NCBI GenBank assembly: GCA_023150835.1
Contig: JAKLKB010000049.1
Coordinates: forward strand, 1 to 42,945
Length of the DNA stretch: 42,945 nt
DNA from: Myxococcota bacterium
GTDB taxonomy: Bacteria; Myxococcota_C; UBA6777
Reading direction: 5' to 3'
The notes beneath the pieces were generated by a model that had not been told where the DNA came from, searched no databases, and saw nothing but the letters and a program-made list of their open reading frames with translations. How positions within the stretch are numbered: position 1 is the first letter of the stretch; the number at the start of each line of letters is the position of its first letter. Both the position numbers and the translations under genes were made by a program. Below are positions 27,853 through 37,208 of this stretch, piece by piece.

Positions 27853-29156
27853 TCATCCCATCGATCGATCTTCAAGACGGGCAAACAGTACAGCTCATCG
27901 GTGGAAAGCAAAAAGCCTTGGACGCGGGAGATCCGCATCCGATCGCGGAACGCTTTGGCCGAGTGGGTGAGATCGCGGTGATCGACTTGGATGCAGCGAT
28001 GGGAAAAGGCCGACAATCGGCATTGATCGAGCCGTTGTTGCGGGTGGCGCGCTGTCGGGTCGGTGGAGGCATCCGCGATGTGGATAGTGCGCTGCGCTGG
28101 TTGGATGCAGGAGCCGTCAAAGTGATCCTTGGGACGGCTGCACGACCTGATATCTTGCAGCACCTACCAAAAGAGCGGGTGATCGCGGCGTTGGATGCGG
28201 TGCATGGCGATATCGTGGTCGAGGGATGGCAGACCAAGACGGGCAAGCGCGTGGAAGAACAGATGGCCGCGTTATCGCCCTATGTGGGGGGATTTTTGGT
28301 GACATTTGTGGAGCGCGAAGGCCGCATGGTCGGGATCGATCTGGAAGAGATCGCCCGATTGAAAGCTGCCGCAGGAGACGCACAACTGACGATCGCAGGG
28401 GGCGTTGCAACGGTCGAAGAGATCGCTGCGTTGGATGCGATGGGCATTGATGCACAAGTTGGGATGGCCCTCTACACAGGAGCCTTTGATCTAGCCGATG
28501 CCATCGGGGCTTGTTTGAAAAGCGATCGCTCTGATGGAAAGTGGCCGACCGTGATCACCGATCCCGATGGGATGGCGTTGGGTCTGGCCTACTCCGATCG
28601 CGAAAGCCTACGGGCCGCTCTGGATCGCGGCGTGGGAGCGTATGCTTCACGCAAACGTGGGCTGTGGATCAAAGGTGAAACATCGGGCGCAACGCAGCGC
28701 TTGTTGCGGGTGGATCTTGATTGTGATCGCGACACCTTGCGCTTTATGGTGGAGCAGCAAACACCGGGCTTTTGCCACCTCGATACATGGACTTGTTGGG
28801 GCGAAACGGAAGGGATGCACGCCTTGATGCGAACGCTTGCAAAACGCTTGCATCATGCCCCGACAGGCTCTTACGCTCGTCGTCTCTTCGATGACCCCGC
28901 CCTCTTGGCCGCCAAACTCCGCGAAGAAGCTCATGAACTCAGCGAAGCCACCGACCCCTCGCACGTCCGCGAAGAGGCTGCTGATCTGCTGTATTTTGCG
29001 CTGGTTGCGGCCACACGCGCTGGTGTCTCGCTATCGGATCTTCATCGCACCTTTTCGATGCGCGCTTGCAAAGTCTCGCGGCGCCCCGGGGATGCGAAAC
29101 CTCCGTTCCTTGCATCGGCTTCTGCCGAAGAAACCTTGCCCCCATCCAACGACTGA
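27849..29156 (+). CDS. hisA: Trifunctional HisA-HisI-HisE fusion
   Basis: MIIPSIDL..G.TVQL, VGGGIRD and IAGGV barrel motifs; LWIKGETSG, DCDRDTL, FCHLDTWTCW (HisI); GSYARRL..KLREEA..EAADLLY (HisE). Confidence 0.92.
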   Translation: MIIPSIDLQDGQTVQLIGGKQKALDAGDPHPIAERFGRVGEIAVIDLDAAMGKGRQSALIEPLLRVARCRVGGGIRDVDSALRWLDAGAVKVILGTAARPDILQHLPKERVIAALDAVHGDIVVEGWQTKTGKRVEEQMAALSPYVGGFLVTFVEREGRMVGIDLEEIARLKAAAGDAQLTIAGGVATVEEIAALDAMGIDAQVGMALYTGAFDLADAIGACLKSDRSDGKWPTVITDPDGMALGLAYSDRESLRAALDRGVGAYASRKRGLWIKGETSGATQRLLRVDLDCDRDTLRFMVEQQTPGFCHLDTWTCWGETEGMHALMRTLAKRLHHAPTGSYARRLFDDPALLAAKLREEAHELSEATDPSHVREEAADLLYFALVAATRAGVSLSDLHRTFSMRACKVSRRPGDAKPPFLASASAEETLPPSND

Positions 29157-29230
29157 TCCACCACAAAGACTGCTCTGCTGACTCCTTACCATGATCGCTT
29201 TGACAAGCGCCGAAGAACAAAGGAAGATCC

Positions 29231-31609
29231 ATGTCGAAAAATGCACGGTTGTTTTACGGGGGAGTGGGTGTGCTAACCGCCGCGACCTTGTTGCTTGAAC
29301 TCTCGCTGACGCGGATCTTTTCCGTGATCATGTTTTATCACTTCGCCTTTCTGGCGATCTCTCTTGCGTTGTTTGGCATCGGACTCTCGGGGATCTACGT
29401 TTACTTGCAGCCGCGTCTTCTCGAAGAACAAAGACGAAACCGCGTCCTTGCGTTGTATGGCATCCTCGCGGGCGTATCGGCCTTTGCGTGTTTGCCGCCG
29501 ATCTTCCAGCAGTCTGCCCATCTTGGGTTTCGCACGCCGACCTTTTCGGCGCTGGGTGTGATTTATCTGTTTGCCTCGGCTCCCTTTTTCTTTTCAGGGG
29601 TTTGTTTGACGATCCTGATCGAACACTTCCGAAAAGATATGGGGCGGTTGTATTTTTACGATCTGGTCGGGGCAGGGATCGGATGTTTGCTGTTAACGCC
29701 GATACTCGGGGGATTCGGAGGCATCCATAGCGTCTTGTTTGCAGGTTTGTTGTTTTTCGTCAGCACATGGATGTTTTTGTGGGCGGGTGGGGCATCGCGC
29801 AAGACATGGGCGGTCTTTTCGTGCTTTGGGATCGCAGCGCTCGGCTTTTTTGTTTATAGCCTACGCACACCGATCCTCAAGATCCCTTCGGTCAAAGAGA
29901 TCGTCGAGCAGCGCGTGATCTTCCACCAATGGAACTCATTTTCCCGCGTGACTCTCGAAGATGTCCCTCACAAATACTATATGTGGATACGCATGGATTC
30001 ATCCGCAGCGACCGCGATGAATCGCAAGCACGCTATCGACCAGCCTGAAAAATACCTGTTTTCCGACGCAAGCACAAAACTCGGAAACCTGTTGTACTAC
30101 CTCGATATCCCGGGTGAAGCCGTCATTATTGGCCCGGGCGGTGGAACCGAAGTGGCGGCTGCCGTTGCACGTGGCCGCCAACAAGTGATCGGCGTCGAAC
30201 TCAATCCGATCATCATCGATATCGTCAAGCGCCGATATCGCCATCTCAACGGAGATATCTACAACCATCCAAACGTCACGATCCATAACGCCGAAGGGCG
30301 CAACTTTATCCGCTCTTCCAAGCGGCGGTTTGGCTCGATCCAAGCCACACTCGTCGATACTTGGGCCGCAACGGCTGCCGGCGCATTCTCACTTTCTGAA
30401 AACTCCCTCTACACCCGCGAAGCCTTTTACGAATACCTCGATCATCTCTTGCCCCAAGGCATCCTTGCGATGCAGCGGTGGAAACAACCGCAGCATGAGT
30501 TCTTGCGTCTGTTGGTTCTTGGGCGTGCAGGTCTCCAAGATCACGGCATATCGGGCGAAACGCATTACAAACACTTTTTTGCCGCATCCAAGGGCATCTA
30601 CACCTCGATGTTCTTGAAAAAAACCCCCTTTACCGCCGCAGAGATCGCCCTGCTTGAGCGCGAATGCAACAACGCCAAACTGGTGATCGAACACACCCCT
30701 TCACGCCCGCTAAAAAATCCCTTCGCCGAATTCTTGCGCAAGCCACGTTGGGAAGAAACCGTCCAAAAACATCCTTTTGATATCTCTCCTCCCCCCGATG
30801 ATCGGCCTTTTTTCTTTTATATGCACCGCCCAACAGACTCGCTCCAACTGTTTTCTTTGCGCGGCTTGCCGAGCCACAACCACGGCTTACTGATCATTCT
30901 TCTTGCGCTGGTGGTTGTAAGTATCTTGTTACTGCTGTTTTTCTTGTTGCCGTTGTTCTTGTTTCGACGCGAAGCGCTGCGCGAAAACAAGCTTCAAAAG
31001 CTCCGCTATCTGCTTTACTTTTTCTCCCTTGGGATCGCGTTTATCGTGATCGAGATCGGGATGATGCAACGCTTCTCGTTGTTTTTGGGTCACCCGATGT
31101 ATGCGTTGATCGTGATCTTGTTTACGGTGTTGGTGGCGAGTGGCATCGGTAGCTTGGCGATCCGCTCGACCCTCGAAGCCGAAAGCCTCGGGAAGATCAA
31201 ACGCCACATCTTCTTGCTGTGTGTGTTGATCGCGGCGTACCACATCGCGCTGCCGACGATCTTTCATGCGTTTGCGGCAGCACCGCTGTTTTTGCGGATC
31301 TTGTTGACCGTCGGACTCCTTACACCGATGGGCTTTTGGATGGGTTCGCTGCTTCCGCTTGGCATCCAAGGCGCCTCCCCAGCCTTTCAATCCTTGATCC
31401 CTTGGGCGTGGGGGATCAACGGTGCGGCCTCGGTGTTGGGTTCGATCCTTGCGATGCTGCTTGCGCTTCACATCGGCTTTTCGTATGCCATCTTTGTGGG
31501 TATCGCTGTGTATCTATTCGGCGTGCTGATGCTGCGCGGTACACAGATGCCTCCAACCGCGCAAGAGGCCGTCCCTTCGCCGCAAACCACATCCTCGACG
31601 CAAGCCTGA
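29231..31609 (+). CDS. Polytopic membrane protein with a central spermidine-synthase-like SAM-binding domain
   Basis: About 7 N-terminal TM with YFYDLVGAGIG; IIGPGGGTEV, VELNP, AEGRNFIR, ENSLYTREAF, DDRPFF; about 7 C-terminal TM with WAWGINGAASVLGS. Confidence 0.85.
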   Translation: MSKNARLFYGGVGVLTAATLLLELSLTRIFSVIMFYHFAFLAISLALFGIGLSGIYVYLQPRLLEEQRRNRVLALYGILAGVSAFACLPPIFQQSAHLGFRTPTFSALGVIYLFASAPFFFSGVCLTILIEHFRKDMGRLYFYDLVGAGIGCLLLTPILGGFGGIHSVLFAGLLFFVSTWMFLWAGGASRKTWAVFSCFGIAALGFFVYSLRTPILKIPSVKEIVEQRVIFHQWNSFSRVTLEDVPHKYYMWIRMDSSAATAMNRKHAIDQPEKYLFSDASTKLGNLLYYLDIPGEAVIIGPGGGTEVAAAVARGRQQVIGVELNPIIIDIVKRRYRHLNGDIYNHPNVTIHNAEGRNFIRSSKRRFGSIQATLVDTWAATAAGAFSLSENSLYTREAFYEYLDHLLPQGILAMQRWKQPQHEFLRLLVLGRAGLQDHGISGETHYKHFFAASKGIYTSMFLKKTPFTAAEIALLERECNNAKLVIEHTPSRPLKNPFAEFLRKPRWEETVQKHPFDISPPPDDRPFFFYMHRPTDSLQLFSLRGLPSHNHGLLIILLALVVVSILLLLFFLLPLFLFRREALRENKLQKLRYLLYFFSLGIAFIVIEIGMMQRFSLFLGHPMYALIVILFTVLVASGIGSLAIRSTLEAESLGKIKRHIFLLCVLIAAYHIALPTIFHAFAAAPLFLRILLTVGLLTPMGFWMGSLLPLGIQGASPAFQSLIPWAWGINGAASVLGSILAMLLALHIGFSYAIFVGIAVYLFGVLMLRGTQMPPTAQEAVPSPQTTSSTQA

Positions 31610-31626
31610 TTTCCACGAGGTCATTG

Positions 31627-32904
31627 ATGCTTCCCCTTCGCCAGATCTCCGCACAATCCATCCCTACCCTTCGGCGTCATGCGATCGACGCACAAACCCT
31701 CAGCCAAGCCGCAGTGATCGTCGAACAAGTCCGAACGGGCGGCATCTCCGCTCTTCGTGATATCGCTCTGCGCTTTGGCGATATCAACGAAACGCAGCCG
31801 ATGCTCTACGATCGAGCAGCACTTGGGGAGATCCTACTAACCATTCCCCCGAAAGATCAGGCGTTGTTGCAGCGAAGCATCGCACGTGTTCGCCATTTTG
31901 CCGAAGCCCAACGCGCTTCCCTTCAACCCACCCGCACCGCGATCCCGGGGGGATGGGCCGGTCAAGAGATCGCACCTGTCGAACGTGCGGGTTGTTATGC
32001 ACCCGGTGGACGCTACCCTCTGCCATCTTCGGTGATCATGACGGTCGTCACGGCTCGCGCTGCGGGTGTTTCCGAAGTCTGGGTGGCTTCTCCCAAACCC
32101 ACACCGATCACACTCGCAGCAGCGGCCCTCTCAGGAGCCGATGCGCTTCTGGCGGTCGGCGGCGCCCAAGCCATCGCCGCGCTTGCGTACGGCGCAGGAG
32201 AGATCCCGCCTTGTGATGCCATCGTTGGCCCGGGCAATCGTTGGGTGACTGCCGCAAAGCAACTGGTATCGGGGCATGTTGCGATCGATATGTTGGCGGG
32301 TCCATCTGAACTGGTGGTGATCGCCGATGCGTCGGCAGATCCAGCCACTCTTGCCGCCGATCTTCTTGGACAAGCCGAACACGACACCGACGCGATCCCG
32401 ATCTTGATCGCACTCGAACAAACCATCCTCGACGCCACGCAACGCGAAATCGCCGCGCAACTCGAAGACCTCCCCACCGCCACCATCGCCCGCGAAGCCC
32501 TCAAAAATGGCTTTGCAACACTCGCAACTGATCGCGCCCACGCCTTCCAGATCGCCGATCAACTGGCCCCCGAACACCTTGAACTCTCGATCGCCGACGC
32601 CCCCGCTGCAATGCCTTTTCTGCATCATTACGGCGCACTATTTGTCGGCCACGCCAGCGCCGAAGTTCTCGGCGATTATTGTGCAGGCCCCAATCACACC
32701 CTCCCCACAGGCGGCACAGCACGCTCGGCAGGTGGCTTGTCCGTTCACCACTTCCTGCGCATCCGCACTTGGATGCAGATCGACGATCTCAGCGCGGCCC
32801 AAGAACTCATCCAAGATGCTATCGATCTCGCCCGCCACGAGGGGCTCGAAGCCCACGCACGCTCCGCACAACACCGCCAGCAGCCCACAGGGTCGAACGT
32901 ATGA
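31627..32904 (+). CDS. hisD: Histidinol dehydrogenase
   Basis: GCYAPGGRYPLPSSVIM, GGAQAIAALAYG, VGPGNRWV, IDMLAGPSE, QAEHD, APEHLEL, GDYCAGPNHTLPT, EGLEAHA. Confidence 0.97.
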   Translation: MLPLRQISAQSIPTLRRHAIDAQTLSQAAVIVEQVRTGGISALRDIALRFGDINETQPMLYDRAALGEILLTIPPKDQALLQRSIARVRHFAEAQRASLQPTRTAIPGGWAGQEIAPVERAGCYAPGGRYPLPSSVIMTVVTARAAGVSEVWVASPKPTPITLAAAALSGADALLAVGGAQAIAALAYGAGEIPPCDAIVGPGNRWVTAAKQLVSGHVAIDMLAGPSELVVIADASADPATLAADLLGQAEHDTDAIPILIALEQTILDATQREIAAQLEDLPTATIAREALKNGFATLATDRAHAFQIADQLAPEHLELSIADAPAAMPFLHHYGALFVGHASAEVLGDYCAGPNHTLPTGGTARSAGGLSVHHFLRIRTWMQIDDLSAAQELIQDAIDLARHEGLEAHARSAQHRQQPTGSNV

Positions 32905-33488
32905 TGGAGTATTTGTTAGCCCATCCTTGGTTGTTGGCTTTGGCGATCTTTGGTGCGCGGATCTTGGATGTTTCCTTGGGCACGATCCGCACGATCACGG
33001 TGGTGCGGGGTTATCGCTACACCTCCGCCATCATCGGATTTTGCGAAGTGATCTTGTGGGTGACTGCTGCAGGGCAAGTCCTCAAACACACCGATCGCTG
33101 GTATCTCTTGTTTGCCTATGCAGGCGGGTTTGCGACGGGTACGCTTTGTGGCATCTGGCTTGAAAATCTGCTGGCTTTGGGAAACGTCATGGTGCGCGTG
33201 ATATCCGCCAACCCCGAAGTTTCTGTTGCAAATGCCTTGACCGCACAAGGCTACGAAGTTACCGTGATGCAAGGCATGGCGGAACCCCAAGGCCAATTTG
33301 TTGAAGTGTTGCTTGTCATCGAAAAGCGACGCAACGTTCCCGCACTGATGCGTTGTATCGATGCAGCCGACTCCACCGCGCTTTTCACCATCGAAGATGT
33401 TCGCTCCGTCCACAACGTCCGCTTCCCCCCAAGAGGACGTTCTTCTCTCGTCCCCACAGGATGGCGCACCCTCTTCCAAAGAAAATAA
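32901..33488 (+). CDS. DUF2179/DUF5698 (UPF0316) membrane protein
   Basis: IFGARILDVSLGTIRTI, GFCEVILW, AYAGGFATG and a C-terminal PII-like domain; ATGA overlap with hisD. Confidence 0.85.
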   Translation: MMEYLLAHPWLLALAIFGARILDVSLGTIRTITVVRGYRYTSAIIGFCEVILWVTAAGQVLKHTDRWYLLFAYAGGFATGTLCGIWLENLLALGNVMVRVISANPEVSVANALTAQGYEVTVMQGMAEPQGQFVEVLLVIEKRRNVPALMRCIDAADSTALFTIEDVRSVHNVRFPPRGRSSLVPTGWRTLFQRK

Positions 33489-33610
33489 CCCGACGCAGCG
33501 CGAACGCAGCCGAAATATCGGATAAAACGGCGCGCTCTCTTCCAAAGAAAATCATCAAACCGAGCGCGAACACAGCCGAAAAATCGGCCAAAATGGCGCT
33601 CTCTCCCGAA
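33463..33610 (+). repeat. 66-bp tandem duplication of the DUF2179 gene 3' end (2 copies plus start of a third)
   Basis: ggcgc.c.ctcttccaaagaaaat units at 33463 and 33529, with a partial unit at 33595. Confidence 0.85.
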
Positions 33611-33649
33611 CCCAATCACCCCAACAGACTGTCATGGAGACCATCACGA

Positions 33650-34936
33650 ATGGACATCGCCCAAGAACCCCAAGAACCTCCTTTGCCTTCCTCAGCCCCC
33701 ACTTCTTCCGTTTCTGCAACCGACGCTCCTCTCGCCCCAGCCGCTCCTTGGTGGAAACACGAAAGCTACACACTTCACAACGACGACATCCTGCTTGACG
33801 GCCACTCCTTGCGCGATCTCGCCAAAACGCACGGCACTCCGTTGTATGTGTACAGCAAAGCCACGATCATCCGCCAACTCCGACGGATGCAAGCTGCCCT
33901 ACGCGAATCTGCCCAAGAGCACAAGATCTACTACGCCATGAAATCCAACCGTCACCCCGGCATCTTGGCTGCGGTACGCTCTCTTGGCGAAGTCGGCGTA
34001 GACACTTGCTCCCCGCGTGAAGTCCGATGGGCCTTGGCCCAAGGCTTCGCTCCCTCCGAGCTTTCCTTCAACGCAGGTATGCTCTCGGATCGCGATCTTC
34101 GCCAGCTTGTCGACATGGGCGTCCACTGCACTCTCGACACCCAATCCGCCCTCCGTCGCTACGGTGCCATCGCCCCCAAAGGCACCCGTGTTGGCCTTCG
34201 CTTTAACCCCGGTATCCACGCAAGCTACGGCGACAACCCACGCCTCAGCTACGGACAAGCCAAGTTCGGCTTTGAAGCCGAAGACGCCGAACAAGCCCTC
34301 GCCGCCGCCACAAACGCTGGACTGATCGTCGATAGCGTCCACATGCACCTTGGTTGGGGACTTCCGCAAAGCAGCCAAACCCAAGTCTCCCAAGCCTTCG
34401 CTCGCCTCGCTTCTGTCGCCCAAAAGATGCCCGATCTCGAAACGATCAACGTCGGCGGTGGTCTCGGCGGACGTTATATATACTCCGATCATCCGCTGCT
34501 TTTGGAAACATGGGCCGCCATGATCCGCCAACACCTCGCTCCTCTCGGTCGCAAACTGATCTGTGAACCCGGAACCTTTGTAGTCGCTCCTTCCGGCATC
34601 TTGATCCTCGAAACCAACACCATCGAACGCCGCCGAGGCCGCTGCTGGCTTGGTGTCGATGCAGGCTTTGCCGTCAACCTCAACCCCGCACTCTACGGGA
34701 TCCCGCTCACTGCTGTGGCCTTGAACCAGCCTCTCGCTCCTGCCACCGAAGCCTACACCATCGCTGGAAATATCAACGAAGCCGGCGATATCTGGTCTCC
34801 CGAACAGCTCCTCCCTCCCCTCCAAGAAGGCGACCTGATCGGCTTCCTTCCCGCCGGTGGCTACGGCTCCAGCATGTCCAACGACCACTGCCTGCGCGGC
34901 CAACCCACCGAGATCGCACTCGATCCCATCTCCTGA
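33650..34936 (+). CDS. Diaminopimelate decarboxylase-like fold-type III PLP enzyme (atypical active site)
   Basis: GTPLYVY, YAMKSN (PLP Lys), LRFNPG, KFG, INVGGGLG, EPG, AGGYGSSM; RBS ggaga at 33636-33640. Confidence 0.85.
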   Translation: MDIAQEPQEPPLPSSAPTSSVSATDAPLAPAAPWWKHESYTLHNDDILLDGHSLRDLAKTHGTPLYVYSKATIIRQLRRMQAALRESAQEHKIYYAMKSNRHPGILAAVRSLGEVGVDTCSPREVRWALAQGFAPSELSFNAGMLSDRDLRQLVDMGVHCTLDTQSALRRYGAIAPKGTRVGLRFNPGIHASYGDNPRLSYGQAKFGFEAEDAEQALAAATNAGLIVDSVHMHLGWGLPQSSQTQVSQAFARLASVAQKMPDLETINVGGGLGGRYIYSDHPLLLETWAAMIRQHLAPLGRKLICEPGTFVVAPSGILILETNTIERRRGRCWLGVDAGFAVNLNPALYGIPLTAVALNQPLAPATEAYTIAGNINEAGDIWSPEQLLPPLQEGDLIGFLPAGGYGSSMSNDHCLRGQPTEIALDPIS

Positions 34937-34997
34937 TCACGACCTCACGATCGGCTCACGAACCACGAAAATGGCGCACAACACAACCGCGCAGCCG

Positions 34998-35990
34998 CTA
35001 TTCTCCAGCCAAACTCGGATTCTCCGCATAAACCGCCATCATCCGCTCGTGTAAAAACAACAAAAATCCCTCCACTTCCCCAACTGTCCAATCGTTGTCT
35101 TGGAAAAACACATACTCGCCCTTTTGTACCATCGCCCAAAACGCCGATGCTGGCGCACAAGCCACAGGCGCTGACCATCCTCGCGCCAAAGCCTGCTCCC
35201 GTTCCAAGGTCCACCGACCGAGCTTCGGCAAACGCTCCCGCAGCGTGCGCCGACGATACACTTCGATCCGCAAATGCAGATCGTCTTTGTGCGCCACCAA
35301 GTAAGCAAAACACGCTCGCACGAACGCTTCGGGATCTTGCCCTTGCCACAACGCCGACGCAAACGACGCTTTCATCCGCAAACCATCCGCCTCCCAAGCC
35401 TCCGACTCGTCTGTCAAACTTTGCCAAAGCTCCCGATACTTCGCACGTTCCATCCCCATCTCTTCCATCAAGAACTCGCCCACCAGATACGACAACATGA
35501 TCAAGTAGCTCGATAACCCAAACCAAAAAGCAATGATCTCACGATTCGGTGGATACGAACATTGAAACGCCAGACAAGCATACGGGCGTTGCTCGTAGAT
35601 CGTACAACGCCCATCTTGCCCCAACAGCGGACAGGCTGGCACCTTCTTTCGATCTTTGTATCGCTCTTTGTCATAACGCTGCGCCAACAGCGGCGGCGTC
35701 TCCGAAAACATCGGACCCATCCGCCCACCCCGCAGCCAGTCTTGCACCACCCGATCTTGCGCCCCTTCGGACTGCCCACGCTCCACGATCTCACCCATCA
35801 AAAAATTCGGAATGATCGGATAGATCGTGCAACACTTGGCGCGCTCCTCGAAATAACCACACGTCGCCATCCAACAACGATCACACGTCACCCTCGGCAG
35901 CGAGGGAAACTTCAACGACTTGATCGCTGAAGACATCAACAACTTCCAAGAAACCCCCAGATCGATCGGCCCCAAACGAAAACCTTGCAT
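34998..35990 (-). CDS. YkgJ-like cysteine-cluster (putative Zn/Fe-S) protein
   Basis: CDRC...KCC and CPLL...CTIYEQRPYAC..FQC motifs. Confidence 0.75.
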   Translation of the reverse strand: MQGFRLGPIDLGVSWKLLMSSAIKSLKFPSLPRVTCDRCWMATCGYFEERAKCCTIYPIIPNFLMGEIVERGQSEGAQDRVVQDWLRGGRMGPMFSETPPLLAQRYDKERYKDRKKVPACPLLGQDGRCTIYEQRPYACLAFQCSYPPNREIIAFWFGLSSYLIMLSYLVGEFLMEEMGMERAKYRELWQSLTDESEAWEADGLRMKASFASALWQGQDPEAFVRACFAYLVAHKDDLHLRIEVYRRRTLRERLPKLGRWTLEREQALARGWSAPVACAPASAFWAMVQKGEYVFFQDNDWTVGEVEGFLLFLHERMMAVYAENPSLAGE

Positions 35991-36056
35991 CCACCGCTCC
36001 TTTGCTCGACTACCTTTTGATCAAAACCTAACGGCTCAACACGAGCTTCACTCTAC

Positions 36057-36348
36057 ATAGAACTTACGCAGTTCGATACGAAAAAGGCCAATGTTCGGGC
36101 GCGGGCGGTTCGCGAACCGCCCCTACAACGTTCTGATATCTCAGGGTTTCCCTTTTCAACTGCGTCACTCCTATCTACATAGAACTTACGCAGTTCAATG
36201 ATTTTTATGGGGTTTCACCCCACACCCCACAAGGGAGATGGCTCCCTTGACCCCGTATCGGCGAAGAGACCGATGGTTTTCCAGACGGACAACTCTGTCG
36301 CTTCAAGCAACGCGAACACGGGTTTTTTTGGCAACTGCGTAAGCCCTA
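36057..36348. mobile_element. Two tandem MITE-like elements sharing the TIR tag(a/g)acttacgcagtt / aactgcgtaag(t/c)ccta but with different interiors
   Basis: atagaacttacgcagtt at 36057 and 36179; aactgcgtcactcctat at 36158-36174 and aactgcgtaagcccta at 36333-36348; first carries gggcggttcgcgaaccgccc-ctaca, second a family B core. Confidence 0.7.
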
Positions 36349-36474
36349 CCTGCAAAAAACAGCCCTGCTTTGGCTTTCACCGATTCTTTGCGCAAGACCC
36401 TTTGCACAAAACGCCTTGCCTTGGTATGCTCACCCCACGAACCTGCAACGCGCTGACGACAAAGAGGCCGAACG

Positions 36475-37206
36475 ATGAGTACCATCCTCGCACGAATCTT
36501 AGAGAAGATCGAAAGAACCCGTCAACAAGGACGTGATCCGTTGATCGTTTTTGATCTCGACGGAACAATCTACAACAATGCCCCCCGTACCTTGCGCATC
36601 CTTCAAGAATTCGCCCACCAACACGCCTTTGAACAACCCCGTCTACTCAACAAGATCGAACAACTCGCCGCACGCGATATCCTCTACGGCGTCTCCGATA
36701 CCCTCCGTAGCGTCGGCATCGACAACGAATCTCTGTTAAAGCAGATCCAAAACTTCTGGTTCGATCGCTTTTTTACCAACGCCTACCTCCTCCACGATCT
36801 CCCCACCGAAGGGGCTGTCGAATTCGTCCACCGCGTCTACCAAGCCCAAGCCATCCCCGCCTATCTGACGGGACGCGATGCTCCCAATATGCTGCTCGGA
36901 ACCATCCAAACCCTCCAACGCGACGGCTTCCCCGTCGGCACTGTCGATACGCGCACCATCCTCAAACCCAACTTCAAGATCGGCGACAGCGCCTACAAAC
37001 AATCCGTCGTCGATCACCTCCGACAAGCCGGCGATGTCGTCGCAGTCTTTGACAACGAACCCGGTCTCTGCAACCTTTTCTTGCGCGCTTTCCCCGAAGC
37101 TGTCGTCGTTCGTCTCGATATGCCACACGCCCCCAATCCCGAATCTTTGCTCGAAGATATCATCCAAATCCCTCACTTTGCTCACCTTTTGCGCGGACAG
37201 GCTTAA
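36475..37206 (+). CDS. HAD-superfamily hydrolase
   Basis: VFDLDGT motif I, LTGRD motif II, K and FDNE motifs. Confidence 0.85.
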   Translation: MSTILARILEKIERTRQQGRDPLIVFDLDGTIYNNAPRTLRILQEFAHQHAFEQPRLLNKIEQLAARDILYGVSDTLRSVGIDNESLLKQIQNFWFDRFFTNAYLLHDLPTEGAVEFVHRVYQAQAIPAYLTGRDAPNMLLGTIQTLQRDGFPVGTVDTRTILKPNFKIGDSAYKQSVVDHLRQAGDVVAVFDNEPGLCNLFLRAFPEAVVVRLDMPHAPNPESLLEDIIQIPHFAHLLRGQA

Positions 37207-37208
37207 TA

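Noticed and set aside
33490-33649. Lysine riboswitch upstream of the lysA-like gene
   Set aside because: The space is occupied by a 66-bp tandem duplication; no L-box consensus or terminator visible
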